A stretch of 64,000 nucleotides of DNA from sequence record KU726251.1; one strand, written 5' to 3'. The translations under genes were made by a program, and so were the position numbers. The stretch's first letter is position 1. Every line of letters begins with the position of its first letter. The notes under the pieces were generated by a model. The model had not been told where the DNA came from and did no database searches. It saw only the letters and a program-made list of their open reading frames with translations. Below, in pieces: positions 61,645 to 64,000 of the stretch.

Positions 61645-63141
61645 ATGGGGTTGTATACAGAACCTTCAATGGAACTGCTCTGCCAACAAATTGTGCGTGA
61701 CAATCCCGGTTTAGCAGGAAAAATCACTGCTGACTCCATTGGGGTCAGGGGTGTTCCTGTTGCGAAAAACGTTAACGGACGAAACACACAGATTACGTTG
61801 GTAGGAAAACCCGGTAAAGGATTTGCTGGGGAAATAACGGTATATTACGACCGGTTGAATCTGGCCAGTCTGTTCAAGTCTGGCCCGAATACGGTGAGTA
61901 TTCCACGTAGCGCACAAACCCATGCGGAAACGTTACCGGCGTTCAATGAATTGAACGGGTTGAACTTAACCGCGAGTGACATCACCAGTCCAAACGTTGC
62001 ATTAATGAAATACGCTACGCCGGAAACTATAACTCTGACGGCGCACGCTAACTCCTTGTGTTATACCGGGTCATGCAAGATGACCTATGTTTACGAACCG
62101 ATTGCGATGTATCCGAAGTCGGGTCCTGGGCCAAAAGGATTAATGGCTGGTAATGAGTTATACGGATTCTTTGGGCTGGTAAGCGCGGAAGAGTTATTCA
62201 CATCTGATGAAATGGTGTATGCCCTCTATAACGGCACCAACTGGCCTAACCGCTACGCTATCAAGTGGCTCAAATTCTTTCTGAATGGGGCGGTAGTGTT
62301 TGTTCCGACCCGTGCGATTTGCAACGTTACCTGGGCAGACCTGTACAACAAGGGTGCAATATTTGATTCCGGAGACGCAGGACCTCGCCCGAAGTCGACT
62401 TACACACCTGTCGATGTTGAACAGTTGAAATACATGGTAAAACGGGATGATGAAGGAACGCATTATTTCAGAATGTCTATCCCGTATTACACCGAGAACG
62501 CCGCCGCGCCTGATTGGAGTAAACCGCCGTCAATCACCTCTATCCTGTCACTGACCAGCAAATTGGGGTCGGTGAACGTATATGGGGAATGGGGAACTCT
62601 TAGCACGACTGATGCTAACTTCCTGGATTACGTGTGGTTACGACACCAGTTCGGTGCCGACCAAGCGTATTACCAGTCTATCAGTGGGAGCTATCGTTCA
62701 TACACCTACATTTACACCTCTTCTGGCTTTTGGCCAATCTTGGAGATGTTTGATGTTGCCAATGAACCTGTGCCGTTGATTGACGAAGGTGCAGAACTGA
62801 CATGGGCACCGTCCGTGGTTACTCTGACGGACATCGACCAAAATGAATCGCTTCGTGTGGTGCCTATTACGGAAACCTCCGCTGCAGCGAATCCACGTCC
62901 GTTAGTTTTCAACACCGACAACACCGAAACTGCCACCCCTGCCTGGCTGCGGGAAGCGTCATCAGACTCACCACGTCCTCTGCTTGCCGCGACGGACAAT
63001 GATGAACGTGCATATTCCGTCGCGGTAACAGGCATGGCTAGCGTTAAGATTAGACCGATTATTCTCACGACTGACCAAATCGCCCAACCTTCAAAAATTA
63101 CTCTGGGCGATACTAACGGTGAGTTGGATGGATTCCAATAA
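61645..63141 (+). CDS. Tail-fibre-like protein (A + B + ELDGF tail), 498 aa; paralogue of 58276
   Basis: Same architecture; ends NGELDGFQ. Confidence 0.7.
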   Translation: MGLYTEPSMELLCQQIVRDNPGLAGKITADSIGVRGVPVAKNVNGRNTQITLVGKPGKGFAGEITVYYDRLNLASLFKSGPNTVSIPRSAQTHAETLPAFNELNGLNLTASDITSPNVALMKYATPETITLTAHANSLCYTGSCKMTYVYEPIAMYPKSGPGPKGLMAGNELYGFFGLVSAEELFTSDEMVYALYNGTNWPNRYAIKWLKFFLNGAVVFVPTRAICNVTWADLYNKGAIFDSGDAGPRPKSTYTPVDVEQLKYMVKRDDEGTHYFRMSIPYYTENAAAPDWSKPPSITSILSLTSKLGSVNVYGEWGTLSTTDANFLDYVWLRHQFGADQAYYQSISGSYRSYTYIYTSSGFWPILEMFDVANEPVPLIDEGAELTWAPSVVTLTDIDQNESLRVVPITETSAAANPRPLVFNTDNTETATPAWLREASSDSPRPLLAATDNDERAYSVAVTGMASVKIRPIILTTDQIAQPSKITLGDTNGELDGFQ

Positions 63142-63153
63142 GAGGTAACGACA

Positions 63154-64000
63154 ATGGCTTTTACAATTCGTTGGACGAACAATAACCCTGGGGCTTCGAC
63201 CGTGAAGCTGTACCGCGACACCAAACCTCTGGTGCGTGCGGCATTACCTGAACCCCTGGCAACGTTCACTAACGGGGAAACTGAGTATACTGACCGAACA
63301 GCGATACTGGGGACAACGTATTACTACATGACCACCGTGACAGTGGGAAGTCGGACACTGTTCAGTCCGCAGAAATCAATTCTGATTCAGAACCGTCGCG
63401 GTATCGGCATCGTGGCTCCACAGTACGGTGATGACCGCTTTGCGTATTACGGGTACGTGACGTACGGTGAATTACCTAGCGCGGGTGATTATCCGCCAGG
63501 GTTTGTGGCCCTTTCTGGATACGACCCAACTGTTAAGCCGGGCTTGATGAAGTTCCAGCTAGACGGTAAAATTCTGTATCTGTTTAGTGGTCTTCGTGCG
63601 AACGGCAACACGCTGTATAGCCGTGATGCGATTTATAACGCGGGTTTGCTGTACGGTGTGGCGGGACCTGGTCCGGAAGGCGGTCATGGCGATTTACCTG
63701 ACGTTGACCAGGCTGGGGAGTTTACGTGGTTGGGTGACCGCTATCGGATGCGCCTGCTGCGCGGTTTAACACTCGACAGTGAAAGCCCGGTCATGACACT
63801 CGACGCACAGTGGAACGGTAAACTCCATGACGAGTCGCCGTATACTGCCGATAGCGAATACAACCGACTCATCTATGGGATAAGTAGCTGGTTCCCAGAA
63901 AAGAAAAAAGTGATGTCCCTGATAAAGTGGTCGAACACCAGCATATTCGGAAGTGGATCGCTGGTGGCAGGCCGTGGGGCGCATTGTCAGGAGTTTGACC
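63154..64000 (+). CDS. Tail-fibre-like protein (FN3-like + B), 3' truncated; paralogue of 59700
   Basis: RBS GAGG; MAFTIRWTNNNPG...KLYRDTK...LPEPLATFTNGETEYTD; open to the window end. Confidence 0.75.
   Translation, partial: MAFTIRWTNNNPGASTVKLYRDTKPLVRAALPEPLATFTNGETEYTDRTAILGTTYYYMTTVTVGSRTLFSPQKSILIQNRRGIGIVAPQYGDDRFAYYGYVTYGELPSAGDYPPGFVALSGYDPTVKPGLMKFQLDGKILYLFSGLRANGNTLYSRDAIYNAGLLYGVAGPGPEGGHGDLPDVDQAGEFTWLGDRYRMRLLRGLTLDSESPVMTLDAQWNGKLHDESPYTADSEYNRLIYGISSWFPEKKKVMSLIKWSNTSIFGSGSLVAGRGAHCQEFD

Noticed and set aside
52150-64000. Diversity-generating retroelement or invertible tail cassette
   Set aside because: No reverse transcriptase, invertase, near-identical TR/VR pair or inverted crossover sites were seen; the paralogues are anciently diverged.
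1-64000. Remaining short opposite-strand and alternate-frame ORFs in the track
   Set aside because: Nested within longer RBS-supported genes, with no motifs or coupling.

Overview
This is a 64 kb piece of a phiKZ-related jumbo phage genome (SPN3US/Erwinia-phage-like, the nucleus-forming Chimalliviridae group). The assignment rests on gene order (SF4 helicase, major capsid, split non-virion RNAP beta, portal, baseplate genes, RuvC-like) and on A-x-E protease sites at capsid residue 130 and portal residues 161/254. From memory, those positions match SPN3US gp75/gp81; this was not searched. About 23-52 kb is accessory and holds GNAT acetyltransferases, a Dam methylase, dTMP kinase, SLOG, QueC-like and DUF488-like genes, an XRE regulator, a GH8-like tail enzyme and many small early genes. 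From 52 kb to the end is a tandem array of paralogous tail/baseplate genes. Main observations: (1) an operon of three double-GNAT-like genes with dam embedded in it; (2) a three-gene module ending in a roughly 1000 aa GH8-like glycosidase; (3) two promoter grammars: 8 copies of an early motif (3 followed by a leader hairpin conserved in structure but not sequence) and at least 7 copies of TTAC-N15-T(A/G)TG; (4) a combinatorial tail-protein family sharing a short L[DSN]G[FL] motif. At least 6 apparent single-base deletions split genes, including the essential portal, so the sequence probably carries assembly errors. No tRNA, CRISPR array, intron, intein or transposase was recognised. All family calls are by-eye motif recognition, not database hits.
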